Shown: positions 24,151-36,746, counted from the first letter of the whole stretch. The stretch: DNA of 62,672 bases, filler included, from Choristocarpus tenellus KU-1152 (GCA_964200185.2; 9 parts of 9 records of this genome joined end to end with filler, not necessarily neighbours in it); one strand, 5' to 3'. Notes: generated by a model not told the origin, from the sequence alone. Numbers and translations are program-made.

Positions 24151-25671
24151 GGGCCAAAGTAAATGAGAGGTATCGAGGGTTTGGCTGTTTAGCATTTTAA
24201 GTCACTCTTTTCATATTTTGCAATTCACTCTTGTTTATACGGATGAAGTACTGTGTGTAGTGCGATGTATATATATATGTGTGTGTGTGTGTTCTCTGTC
24301 GCCAAAGTAGACTTGCTCCCAACAAACATTGACACGAATCCCTTGTTTTCCCTTTTACAATTATAGTTTTCGCTGTTTTTCAGAAACTCTCGAACTCACG
24401 GGATCTTAAATAATATTATACATAGTTGCAGAGTCACCTTTTGATTAATGTAGCCTTCTTCAAAGACACAAGGTTCTTAACCAAATCTTTAATTGTATTT
24501 CAAGTCTGGTCAAACACACTAGCCCTTGGGAGTTCGTTTAACGTCCTTCCCCTGGGAACAAGGCCGGTAGTGCACCTGGGGTTTAAACCTCCCTACGAAG
24601 TACTATGAAATTAGTGAGGGAATGAAGTAAGTTGAATTCAATTGTCAGTAATATGCTTTTTTAATCGGATAGTGATAGTGAATGCTAGGGTATGTTCTGG
24701 ATGTAACTGAGTGCAGTAACCGTGTTCCGAAATGAACGGTTGGTACTCTTTGCCGAGTCTAACGCTTTATGCAGTTTACCTCAAAAAAAGTTTAAGAAAC
24801 ATGATGGGGTGTTGTGTATTGTCTGGGTTTGGCAGCCTTCTTGTGTGTGCATTCTTGAACAGATAAATCAATTATTTAAAGTCAATCTTAGCACTTCATG
24901 TTGAGACATAGGCTACTCTCTCTGTGATATATAGATACAGTTCAATATCGTTACCCTGTAACGACTGCTCCATCCTCTATTATCAATGTTACCTTTGGTG
25001 TGAGAGTATTCATATCTACTACTGGATATCGACATGCACTGGATATTATCAAAACTCACCGTTTCACTCTGCATGGTCATAGTTACGTTTGGTCCTTAGA
25101 TTAGTAGTCTGTTTCTATCATACAACCTCAGCATATTAACACCCATATGAGATATAGGCTTTAACTCAGACTTTGACCTGTTTCTTTATATTTTTCTGGG
25201 CAAACAAATCGGGTATCTTGTTTGATGTTTCTAAGGACTCACCAACTTATGAGACCATGACCTCACTCTGCCTTAAGTGTACATCGATGCACATCGGAAT
25301 GGGATTTATTCTAAGTTAATATATTCACAACCTTCTTTACAAGGCAACAACCCTCTGCTTAGAGCATGCATCATTATCCTACACTACTGCCCAAAATAGT
25401 GCTGTGCTGTACAGTATCAACAAGAATCTTCGCAGAGCGCACCTCTAGACTTTTCAATTCAATTCCACCAGTGCTTCTGTCTACTGAGTCACCTCTTCGC
25501 CATTACAATACTACAAACCTCTACGTAGAGCACTTATCAGAATGAACGATTAATCCAATCCAAGATATAAAACCTTTTCGGTAGAGATGAGGGTAAACTG
25601 CAAAATATTAAAAAGAGGTTTGTAGTACAGAACAGTCAAAACTTGGGTACCTCTCTCATATACTTTGCCTC
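24151..25671. mobile_element. ~1.5-kb TIR element (family D) related to MITEs A and B. Isolated family D ends also at 16240-16340 and ~23415-23452
   Basis: Left end GGGCCAAAGTAAATGAGAGGTATC..GGTTTGGCTGT; right end (reverse complement) GAGGCAAAGTATATGAGAGAGGTACCCAAGTTTTGACTGT. No TSD, and the interior has no intact ORF. Confidence 0.6.
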
Positions 25672-26836
25672 TTTCCCCCTCTTTGTTTTGGCGTGGCTTC
25701 CACACTGGCACACATCACCTACAAGGGAGGAGTATATACATAAAGGAGATGGTACATGTGTACTCGCACCAATCTACAACACTTGTCAACTACCTGTTCC
25801 TGATAAAGCACAGCAAATGCCACAACATTCTGTCTTGGAGGCAGAGAGAGAAGCACCCTAATAGCACATATATATATATATATATTCCATCAATCAACCC
25901 GTCTGATACTCACATTCTGTGTCGTACACAGCTGTTGACTCATCCCTTGCATGGTGCAACCTGCACCCTGTAATTTTTTTGCTTTGGAAGTCCTTTTGAA
26001 CCCTGGAGTGAATATTGTAAACAGCAAATACATTTGTGGGCATGGTGTACGCTGCTGAACTGGAGTATGTAGACATCATGTTGCGTCGGTAGGCTCTCGA
26101 AACACGCCACTTACTTGCTGATCGTCTTTACCAACTACATTTTAAAGTTATTGTGATTAGTAATTGATCTTCTCACTAACTTTCCCCTTCACAGCATCTG
26201 GAAATCCATCCCACTAGTTGATTTGGTGACGATCTATCGTGTGAAACCACCATGCAATAACCGTATCGCCAATTGGTTTGTACGTAACGTACCTACAATA
26301 CTCCATCATGCCAGTCGGTTAGTTATATTACGTATATATAGGAAAATAACCCTTTTACACACCTCTCTTAGTTCATAAATTTAATATTACTATTGTGCCC
26401 TCTAACATTTTCCAGATGTCTCAGATCAAAAACCAATCCAAAATCATATATTATATTTCTTTAGGGCTTATACTGACATATGTATAGTTTTCATTTATTT
26501 TCCCACTGACGTCAGTAATAAAATATGAAAAATCATTCAAATCTCACAACCCCTTACAAAGTAACAGTTGCCGCAAATGTGGAAGACATTCTTCTATAAA
26601 CTATTTACCATTTTACTACCAGGTATGATATAGCAGTGGCCCCCAGTGCCACCAATCTAGCTTTGTCCTGCATATAGGGTGAGGAACAAGGGAAGCACCC
26701 CAAGAATCGAACAAGAACCAATCCTGTCATATATATGTGGATAGCGACTGTGGATAACGACTATTGTTTTTGTAGGTCTGTAAGAGTATCCCTTTGTACT
26801 GGTATATACTCTCAACTATATACACTCAATTGGCAT

Positions 26837-27330
26837 ACGTAAGTATTTTCTCCTTCCTTGCCCTTACGAAAATTAGATTTACAGTCCTCAATCGCGAATC
26901 CAAGTCCGAACGTCCAGCTATGTGTTCCAATAGGCACCACCAGCACCAAATACTTGGTGGAGATAAAACCACAAACAAAGCCCATCCGCTCAAGACAAAG
27001 GAACGCACAAGTAACATGATTATCATGATAATAGTAATGCCGGCGTTGGTTGTCATTGTTGTTGTTGTCTGACGGGGGATGCGGACGGTCAGGTTTTCGT
27101 TGACCATATTTCTGAGGGAGTGCATCCACGTCATCGGTGTTGAACGCCCTGAACCACTCCATTTAAGGGGCGTTGGGATTATGATGGGAAGTGGACAGAT
27201 TGATACGATACCGATGCGATGGTACAACAATATCGTATCGCATGGTGGTTCGATTCTAGACTTGGACCTCCAATTGTGAGATACGGATCGCGAATCGCGA
27301 ATCGAAGTCGCCTGAAGGATCTAATGACAT
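26837..27330 (-). CDS. Candidate unknown gene head-to-head with lhcf (tentative exons 27330-27268, ~27156-27074, ~26949-26837)
   Basis: ATG-initiated exon MSLDPSGDFDSRFAIRISQLE|gt, joinable in phase to WFRAFNTDDVDALPQKYGQRKPDRPHP and IWCWWCLLEHIAGRSDLDSRLRTVNLIFVRARKEKIL. Several splice sites are weak (one GAG acceptor) and no domain is recognisable. Confidence 0.3.
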
Positions 27331-27570
27331 AATGGATGACGTCAAAACAGATGTATAGATAGAAGTAGCAGAATACTGGAAGAATTGAAAAAATACAACA
27401 GAACGGACGAGATCCTTGTGCAAGTTAGATAGATGTTGCGACAATGGTGGGAAATCGGAGGACCAAACAGGAGGAGGTCACAAGGACCCACCCTGTCTTG
27501 CAGGACCCACCGCACAACCTAAGTACACCAGAGCGAATTTATCTACTCGTACAACTCAACCCTAAAGACA

Positions 27571-28117
27571 ATGAAGTCTGCTGTCATGGCTGTCGCTTGC
27601 GCCACCGGCGCCCAGGCCTTCGTGGCCCCCAGGTTCGGTCCGTTGAACTGCGCTTTTTTTCCGACTGTTGTATCAGTAGTTTTATCCTGCACCCTCCTTG
27701 CCTTGCATATTGGGGGCGTTTGCTTCCTTCCTCAGGCGCGATAAGTCTATTCTCACTGCGTGCGATCTACTGACAGTGTAGTGCGTGGTGGGCTTGATCT
27801 CTTGTTGGACTGTGGACTCATTGAGCTTGGGTGACCTCTGCCGCGTCACCCAAGAGGCATTGCCCGAGTTCCTAGTAGTGCACTGTATACGATCAGCTAA
27901 CGGCAACGACTGGATGGTTCCGTCTGCCCACTCCCCCCTCCCCGTTTGCAGTGCGTTCAAGGGTGTATCCCTGGCCACTTCCGCAAAGTCCTCTACGGCC
28001 GTGAAGATGTCGTTCGAGTCTGAGATCGGCGCACAGCCCCCCCTGGGCTTCTTCGACCCTCTTGGGCTGCTGTCCGACGCCGACCAGGAACGGTTCGAGC
28101 GTCTCCGGTACGTGGAG
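27571..28117 (+). CDS. lhcf: Fucoxanthin-chlorophyll a/c binding protein (Lhcf/FCP), exons 27571-27632 and 27952-28117, truncated by the contig end
   Basis: Spliced product MKSAVMAVACATGAQAFVAPS|AFKGVSLATSAKSSTAVKMSFESEIGAQPPLGFFDPLGLLSDADQERFERLRYVE: bipartite presequence (AQA-FVAP) and the canonical Lhcf start. Phase-2 GT-AG intron; GC3-rich codons. Confidence 0.97.
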
Positions 28118-28416
28118 NNNNNNNNNNNNNNNNNNNNNNNNNNNNNNNNNNNNNNNNNNNNTTAATTAATTAANNNNNNNNNNNNNNNNNNNNNNNNNNN
28201 NNNNNNNNNNNNNNNNNTAGGAGAGGTTGCCCCTGCTTTGCGAAAGGAGGGGGGGCTTGATGCAGACCCTTGTTCTGAGGGTCTCCCAAATCCCAAAGCA
28301 GGTGATTCACCATTAGATGTTCAATCTGTTTGTTCATCTCGCTCCTCCACTTCATCCCACTCTGACAACTCTTCCTGCAGCGACGGAAATGAGGACAGGT
28401 TTGTTCTAGTTGAGAG

Positions 28417-28675
28417 GAGTCAAAGTATCTTAGAGGGTAGAGCCGCGTCCATTTGGGGGTCAAAATTCAATGTTGCGATTTTGATGTAATTTTGGCGATT
28501 ATGTTTGTTAGTAAGTGTTAATATCTATCGTTCGGGTACACCGTTTCATGACATAAACGTTTTACTTACTCCGAAACATTTTGGAGTAGGAAAATGTCAT
28601 AAAAATACCAATGGGGAGCCAAGCCCCAAATGGACAAACAGGGCAAAACTCGTACCCTCTAAGATACTTTCACTC
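28417..28675 (+). mobile_element. MITE family A
   Basis: Complete TIRs and body; no TSD visible. Confidence 0.9.
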
Positions 28676-28948
28676 TTGATCTGAATTTTTGGGGGGAAAT
28701 AGTGGACAAACGCATGGTGGGTGTCGCCCCAGACAATATTGGCGTATGCATGTACTACAATTGACGTGTTCTGTTAAATGGTAATGTAGTGTGTGGGATG
28801 GATTTTGTGGTGGAAGGGATACTGAATTTTTCATGTGATGTCGGTCAACACATGTCCCCACATGCACATACCATCATATGCGCCCCTTTCTATAGAGGGG
28901 ATATGATATTATGACTTAGTTTTGGGGAAAGTCAAGGACGATGGTTTG

Positions 28949-29220
28949 GAGGTGTGTGGCTCCAAAGAGGTTGGTATCTGGACAGCCGCAACTTTTGCCG
29001 TACTTTGTCATATGGTAATGTATGGCGGAAATGACATGAGGTGTGTGGCTTGAAAAAAGTTGGTATATGGACCGCCGCAACTTTTGCCACACTTTGTCGT
29101 AGGACAAAGTACGGCAAAAATGACATGATGCGTGTGGCTTCAAAATAAGTTGGTATGTGGACAGCCGCAATTTTTTCCATACTTTACCGTTCGACAAAGT
29201 ATGGCAAAAATGACATGAGG
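28949..29220. repeat. Tandem array, ~89-90-bp unit x3
   Basis: gtgtggct..gttggtat.tggacagccgcaacttttgcc..actttgtc..atggc..aaatgacatga recurs at 28949, 29038 and 29127. Confidence 0.9.
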
Positions 29221-29792
29221 CAAGCAGATGTAGGAAGAGCGAAACATGACTTGGCATAATTTCATTGCTGTATAAGGTTGAGGGATGGTATGAGGGTTAG
29301 GGCACAGGGTTAGGGTTGGGACAGATGGTAGGGTTGGGATCGGAAACAGACACTGGAAGGAACATTGTTTAGTTCCGATACATATCAGAACGCAGATATC
29401 GGAGAACACGAACTTCATCGTTAGGTTTCGTTCTGCTCTTGATGGGAGGACGTATGTGTCACCGGTTTGGAACTACGGTGGAACTGGCGAACACCACGTC
29501 TCTCTGATTTCAATGCAAATGTGTGATTTCGTAAGGATATGGTGACCATATGCTTCGCTATGCCTAGTCTTCAAGCGTTAATCCCTCCTTCAGGTAATTA
29601 CAGAATGCACAAGCTACATTGGACTGTGTCTTGCTGCGACGGAGGCGTGGCCTTCCCTTTGGGATGTCCTGAGGTCTAGCCCTCTGGAGCCCACGAGTTC
29701 ATTCCCGTTGTTAGCGAGATCCCCTAGTGGCTGACGGGTGGTCACCGTGTTTTTATTAGCATGTGGCTGACATGATGGTGTACTTAAGTGGT

Positions 29793-30395
29793 TGTATTTG
29801 TTACGTTTACAACCGTGTACACACCAGCTGTCAGCAGTGGTAATACCAATTTTTTCAAATCCGATGCCCTGTATTTATTACCTTTTCCACCGTGTACACA
29901 CCAGCCGTCAGCAGTCGTAATACCAATATTTTCAAATCCGATGCCCTGTATTTATTACCTTTTCCACCGTGTACACACCAGCCGTCAGCAGTCGTAACAC
30001 CAACATTTTCAGATTTGATGCCCCTGTATTTATTTGCGTTTCCAACCGTGTACACACCAGCTGTCAGCAGTGGTAACACCAGTATTTTCAAATCTGATGC
30101 CCAGTATTAGTTGTATTCCAACAGTGTACACACCAGCTGCAGATGGTGGTGTCACCAACATTTTAAAATCCGATGCCCTGTATTCATTACCTTTTCAACC
30201 ATGTACACACCAGCCGTCAGCAGTGGTGTCACTAACATTTTCAAATTCGATGCCCTGTATTCATTACCTTTTCAACCATGTACACCAGCCGTCAGCAGTG
30301 GTGTCACTAACATTTACGGATTCGATGCCCTGTATTCATTACCTTTCCAATCGTGTACACACCAGCTGTCAGCAGCGGTAATACCAACATTTCCA
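29793..30395. repeat. Tandem array, ~77-bp unit x ~8
   Basis: Unit starts at 29793, 29870, 29947, 30025, 30103, 30179, 30256 and 30331 (tgtatttattaccttttccaccgtgtacacaccagccgtcagcagt..ttcaaatccgatgccc). Confidence 0.95.
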
Positions 30396-30406
30396 TATTC
30401 GATCTC

Positions 30407-30654
30407 TATGTTAGAGGGCACGAGTTTTTCGCTGGTTGTCCTTTGGGACTTGGCTGCCCACGGGTTTGCAACGACATTGTACTTACTCAAAAATGTTTTG
30501 GAGAAGTATAATGTCTACATTATGGAAAGGAGTGTTCGCAAAAAGGACATTGACAATCTCCAAACAATAATGATGGCAAGAATTACAGCAAAAATGCAAC
30601 ATTTGAATTCGACCGCCAAATGGACGCGGCCCTATCCCTAAGATAATTCGACCC
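30407..30654 (-). mobile_element. Degenerate MITE family A copy
   Basis: Colinear with the reverse complement of family A, with many substitutions; abuts the 77-bp array. Confidence 0.75.
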
Positions 30655-31086
30655 GCACCCATGATACCAACCCTAGCCCTAACCAAAATAAATCGCCTAC
30701 ATTTTGAACACTAATCTCAATCCGCCATTTACAGATTTCACCATGCATCGAACACGTCAATGTAGAATCAATTCAATGGCCTTAATCTGAAATGACTACA
30801 GCGAATTTGAAAAAACCTTTATCCGAAATTGGAACATGTGTTGCAGTCGCATATGTTGGGAGTAATCAGACAACTGATCCGAAATAGAAGCAAGATTCCA
30901 CGTCGCAATTTAACGCATCACAATATCTGTCTGTCCAGGGTGACGTGGTGACACCTTCGATACACACACATGTAAGGGCTACAATACCATTGGAACCTTT
31001 CCGATAAGGATCGTATCGGAAATGGACATATACCCCCCTCAACGGTCTTGCCGCGCTTTGGAATTTGATGGCCTTTACTGTTCGAC

Positions 31087-31625
31087 AGAACACACATCAA
31101 ATTTATTCATTAATATCTGCCTTGTGTCAAGCACAAACCTGCGCATGGTTGCCCTCCCGACATCCAACTCGGGTCAGCGCGTAAATTCCTTTCATCTTCA
31201 TCTTTCACTTTCGCGGTTCAACCTAATGTTTTCCTGCTCAGGTTGTTCGTATTTCAAATGATCACACACACATCCAACTGTCTTGCACAGAACACATAAA
31301 ATTCATTCATCACTGTCTGCCATATGTCAAGCATAAACCTGTGCAGGGTTGCCCTCCCGACATCTTACCCAAGTCGGCACGTAAATTCCTTTCATCTTCA
31401 TATTTCACTTTCGAGATTCGACGTACTGTTTTCCTGCTCAGGATTACTGTTTCAAATCGACACACACACACCCAACAGTCTTGCCACGCTTTGGATATTG
31501 ATGTCCTTCACCGTTTGACAGAACGGATGAATTCTTTCTTTACTGTCTGCCCTATATTTGAAGCACAAACCTGTGCATGATTGCCCCTCTACATGTTACC
31601 TTGGTCGGTATGTAAATCCTTCCGT
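31087..31625. repeat. Tandem array, ~200-230-bp unit x ~2.5
   Basis: cagaac..ctgcc..aagcacaaacctg.gcatggttgccctc..gtaaattccttt recurs at 31087, 31288 and 31519. Confidence 0.85.
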
Positions 31626-32004
31626 CTGCGCCTGGTACTTGGCCAATATTCATCCCATGTCGACCGGGTTTACCGTTCGATATATATTGGTAAGTAGCAG
31701 CCTTCGAGGAAAGCACCGCGCCGTCCTCATGTCCACAGCATCGCTACGCCCTTTCCTTAACACGTTTGCATAGCCCACGCATGGACACGAACCTTGCACT
31801 CCGTACAGATCCCGCCATCATTAATCACATAGTCCATCACTGTCTGTACAAAAACACCCTTGCTGTGCTCGCCTAACAGTAGCATCCACCCCTACATCGA
31901 TATCCTTCTCCTTAGCTAATACCGTTGTCATAACATTTTCCCCTCTACCTTCACAGACAGTCGGCTGGAGACCCAAGGAATCATGAAGACCAAAGACGAC
32001 AGAC

Positions 32005-32787
32005 TTGATCACATCGAACCTCAGTGAGACACGAACAGTGCACCTGGCCACATCTGAATTCTTGTCACAGAGGTACAACGCCAACCTTCTTGACAACGGT
32101 GGAGTAGAGTCTATGTTCTTGAACCTGGGGCTGGAACCACAGGTCACCACCGATAGGCCCGCGGGGATCCTGAGTGGGCAACTTTTTCACTGTGCTTGAG
32201 ATGTCAAACCATAAGCGACTTCAAAGCCAACATGCGCAGGGTAAACAAGCCCTCTTGTGTGCCCAATGGGGAGCTACTTGCGAACTACATAGCCAACGGC
32301 AACCTTGAAGCAGACGAGAATGGTGACACCAGGGATAAAGGTAACAACGGCAACCTCTTGTTTTGCCTTAATGGACAACACCGCACAATGGTGTTGAGGA
32401 CAATTGAATGCGTCGCGAAGGACGACAATGTCCCATGTGGCATCAACCTCACGGCCCACGTCACGACACAATGGGCCTCGGACGTCAGAGCAAACCTCTA
32501 GATCGGCCATTACAGGAGCTTCATGTGGAAGATATATCCACACTGCAGCCGAGAAAAGGCTGAATCCACTTATATAGGAGAGAGTGTGGCAGCCAGTAGG
32601 TCGCATGTACCCAACATTCTCGACATATTCCATTGGATGGAGCCTTACGAAGCCCGAACCTTGGAACGCCAGGTACTCCACAAGTCTAAATCTATGGCAC
32701 CTTCTTGTCAAGACATACCCTGAGCTCACAGAGTGGTGGGAGAAGGGTGACGAATGCAATTTCGAGTCCGTCCACCAATTGAAATAG
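32005..32787 (+). pseudogene. Decayed ORF with a ParB/Srx- or DGQHR-like motif
   Basis: Overlapping or adjacent ORFs 32005-32199, 32196-32501 and 32523-32723 (the last two are in one frame, separated by a TAG); motif LLFCLNGQHRTMVLR. Confidence 0.4.
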
Positions 32788-33771
32788 GGCTTCAGTCGTT
32801 TCAGTTTTTGTTGAAGTACGGGTAGAGTTACGGGTACACTGATTTATGCATCAGTGTACCTTACCTTGGTGTCCAACTACCATGTTCATGCACTTTCCAT
32901 TCCGTGAGTTACGCATTTAGACAGTGGTATCGGATACATTGCTACCAGTCAGAGTAATCAGTACATCATATATCAAGATTATAGTGAGGATTAGATCTGT
33001 GTTATTATTTGTTTAAAAGAGTGTGTCTGCTACAAGGTTTAGACAACTAAAGTATATAATACATCAATCAAACCACTCTTCTCCATCTTCTCAGATAACC
33101 TTTCCAGACAATTCGCCAGGGCCTGTAATGGATACCTTGTCCTTCTCAAAGCCGCTATTTATTCCTTGAACACTATAACACACTTCCCTCCTTCTACTCA
33201 ATACTCTACGCACCATCTCATGCTTTGTCCAAGCGTCAACAAACTAGAACCTATCTTGTCCTCCTTCGAATCTTGGAGGATCATATACCGAAGTCTACAC
33301 ACAATGCTCCTTAGCACAGCACCAACCCAGGACCTCTGGAAGTGTGCCTTGAAATACTTTCATAGAAATGTACAGCAATAGACTTTGACCAATAACCATT
33401 CGTATACACCTCCAGATTCCGTCCACACATTATATGAGATAAATATTGCGCTAACCCGAAAACAAAACCTGACCCTTTTCCCTTCCTTCATACCAAGAAC
33501 TTCAACCTTAACACCCTCAGCAACTACATCTGTTTACGTACTAAATCCGATACATGCACGCAAATAAATGAAGTATTACATTTAAACTGTACATGATATA
33601 TGTTTTGGTTCCTCGTGCACACACGGGGAGAACAGGTCCTAACTGTCATCTTTGGGTACATACCAGACACGGCTCATGCAAAGCAAATAAACGAAAAAAA
33701 CAACCTCGTAACAGCCCATAGTCCTTTCTTCAATTCCTCATCCTAACAGTGGGAAAACACACCCTAACCGA

Positions 33772-34525
33772 TGTTAAAACATAGGCTACTCATTTGTTCC
33801 TTGTTGATATGATACACATCTACCAGCTTGTACTGACTGTTGATTGGTGCGCTGCACTGGTTGTTAGTGTTCATTTATTTATTGCGCATTCCAACTCATC
33901 ATCACATCGATGGCAGTAGATAGAAGTATAGCATCAGTTGATATTCAGTTGATCCACATCACACACAGGAACATCGTAGCACACGTCATCCAAGTTACTT
34001 CGGAACTTGCATCAAGTGCGTTCCACTGTTACCTTGTGTTCCCCTTTCTATTTTGTTGTTGTTGCCATCTCTGTTCTTCCTTTTTATATGAACAAGACCC
34101 CAGATGCACGGTAATTGTTGTTTATTATTTTATTGATTGTCATTGTCCCCTCACTGAGCACCTCAACCCCACTCTGCAAACTGTGTATCAAACACACACA
34201 TGGATGTAATATAATCAGAGTTTTAAAACCATCCGCGGAAACCCTTGCCAGCCAAGGTAACAAGCCTCTCCACAGAGCATGGACTTCTTTCGTTGAGTAC
34301 CACATTAAAGAACACTAAATTCACGTCGCATAATTCTTGACTGAGAGATCAATGACCTCAGCTACAACAGAATATATACATCGGTAGTTTGCAGCACTAT
34401 CACACCTATATATAACATAGACTACGCAGATCGCTCATCGGTGCTTCGCAACACCATGATTCCTCATCGCTAGTAGTCTACACATTTTACCAACATGTAC
34501 GATGCATTCGATTCAGGTTTCAACA
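33772..34525. mobile_element. Solo LTR
   Basis: TGTTAAAAC...GTTTCAACA termini, perfect 5-bp TSD accga; homologous to 55936-56654. Confidence 0.92.
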
Positions 34526-35062
34526 ACCGACAGCCCTCTTTGTTTTCTAACCAAATCCTACTCATGCAACCAAACAAACCAATATCCAGCCCTTGAACAA
34601 CCTAACCCATATCTCTTATTCTTCATCGTAACTGCACGACCAACATACATAAACCAATAATCTAGTTTGAACAGACTCGAAATCCGACATGCAAACGTCG
34701 AAACTCCTAGCCAAACCCAAATAAATGGTGGCACATATTCCCATTCCTCTTGCATACGCATGGACAGAAAGGAACCTCACCAACAGTCTTCTTTTTTTCG
34801 CTGACATTTCAAAGCCGAAACGTGCGACCAAATCACAGCAAAAAGTAAAAATCGAAAAAAGGGTGAAAAACAGACGCCGGCACCCCCCCCCCGAGATACT
34901 TTGACCCATCAAACCTCGCCCTTGCGCCTTGATGATAAGTATCACCCGTCCAGGAAACACCGACAACGCCCACTTCCGGCGCTCAACAAGGAAATGTGAT
35001 AGTAAAGGCTCTAACACTGCGAATCCTGTACCTGTATATGAACGACAAAAAAACGTCAAAAG

Positions 35063-35270
35063 GTGCTCGAGATGGCAGCAGGATATGCGACGGTCAGGTC
35101 GAAAACTTTGAGTAAATGGGAGAGAGACCTCCTAACAAAGGGCCACATCAAGTTGTCGGAGCAAGGGCGCTATGAGAGGTGTTTCGCTCTTGACCTCTAC
35201 GAGGACATCCTTGCCGAGGTCAAAGAGTGGGTGCGCGAACACATAGGAAGAAAGGGTGGGGAGGCTTCCC
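35063..35270 (+). mobile_element. Probable DDE transposase N-terminal fragment
   Basis: KTLSKWERDLLTKGHIKLSEQGRYER..EDILAEVKEWVREHIGRKG resembles HTH regions of IS630-Tc1-mariner-related transposases; no catalytic region is present. Confidence 0.4.
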
Positions 35271-35676
35271 CCCCCCCTAAACCCTATTATCAAGTAATAG
35301 TGCATCTGTTGCCGCTCTTGGTGACCTATAATCCAGGGTTCGATCCCCAATATGAGCGCTCTTTCCTCAAAAAAATAAAAAAATGGCGAGAAAAAAAACG
35401 AAGCCTGTACTCTGGAGGGCTTTGTGACGGGCACCACGAACATGCTTTTATTTTTTAATCCACTGTCTACATCAAATGTTATGACGGGACAACCCCAGAG
35501 GGCGAAGCTACTACTACCACTATAGAAATAAGCAGCTCTTGGGAGCGTTCCATGCAGCTACCAATAAAGAGTACCTCAACATACCTGTACGGAAATAAGT
35601 CTATTTTACGCTTTTTTGGAGATTCGACAACTAGGGCAGGGTGCTGTACATATATACACACTTGTACCCACTGAAA

Positions 35677-35847
35677 GGGTTAAATTATTTGGGGGGGGGT
35701 AGCGACTGTCCAATTGGGGTCAATATTTGCATGTCGCGATTTTTGGGTGATTTGGTTCCATACGTTGGATGGATAGTGAAAGTGCACTTTTCCTGGTTTT
35801 GGTTCAAATGGACACTCTGGTGTAGAACCCCCCCCCCCCCCCCCCCC
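35677..35847. mobile_element. MITE family B, cut by the contig end. Related termini at 1-38, ~34880-34907, ~35970-35991, 48721-48739 and 55303-55331
   Basis: Body colinear with the 16526 copy; ends in the poly-C run at the linker. Confidence 0.85.
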
Positions 35848-36484
35848 NNNNNNNNNNNNNNNNNNNNNNNNNNNNNNNNNNNNNNNNNNNNTTAATTAAT
35901 TAANNNNNNNNNNNNNNNNNNNNNNNNNNNNNNNNNNNNNNNNNNNNGACGCCCCCTCACAAACCACTCCCCCCCCCAGATACTTTGACCCTTCATTCAG
36001 ATGAACCTAAGGCAGCGACCGCAGCAGCAACGAGTTATTGTGTGTTCTTAAAATGTACGAGACAAATATGTTGCTTCTCAAGCAAGATATGGACCTAGAG
36101 GTACGAAGCTCTAGAGAGTCGACCCAGTTGAATTATATGACCAAGGGGCTTTAGGAAAGGGGATGTTGGGTCAAATATCCTAATAGTAATAAGAAGTGGC
36201 AGTTCTTACGATTAAGGGGAGTGAGGAGCCATTCAAAGAATTTACAGCGACGAGGAGGCTGCACACAAGGCTGCCCGATCAGTAGGAACGATGTTTTTTG
36301 TTAATTAAAACAGTAGCGCTGTAGGGTGACCAAATAAACAAACGTCATTCTGATCTCCGATGGATGAAAGGGGGGATCTTTGTACATGATTTGCCACCAA
36401 ATGCACTTACGTAGATCATGTTTCTTACCTACAGCGAGTAGTCAAAGTCGGACAAAATATTAAGCGTAAGGCTCTAAAATTGCT

Positions 36485-36746
36485 GAGTCAAAGTATCTTA
36501 GAGGGGGGTACAGTCGGGTCCGTTTGGTGTCCAAAACAATTGTCGCGATTTTGATGTAATTTTGGCTATCGTGTTTCTTAGCAAGTGTCAATATTCTTGT
36601 TCCAGACACACCTTTTCATAACGTGTACATTTCACCTACTCCAAAACATTTCGGAGTAGGTAAAATGTCTCTAAAAAAAACGTGGGAAGCCAAGCCCTAA
36701 ACGGACAAACAGGGCGAGAATCGTACCCTCTAAGATACTTTCACTC
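36485..36746 (+). mobile_element. MITE family A
   Basis: Complete; 4-bp TSD tgct. Confidence 0.92.

Noticed and set aside
26678-26716. ~40-bp match to 62144-62183 (ggtgaggaac.aggga.agcaccc.a.aatc.aacaag)
   Set aside because: Probably a fragment of a dispersed repeat; too short to define.
29793-30395. CRISPR-like array
   Set aside because: Whole units are homologous with no unique spacers; the context is eukaryotic and there are no cas-like ORFs.
36140-36283. LINE RT-like QGCPIS motif (similar decayed patches near 33060-33540 and 11150-11460)
   Set aside because: Isolated short motif without neighbouring RT domains; likely but not supportable.
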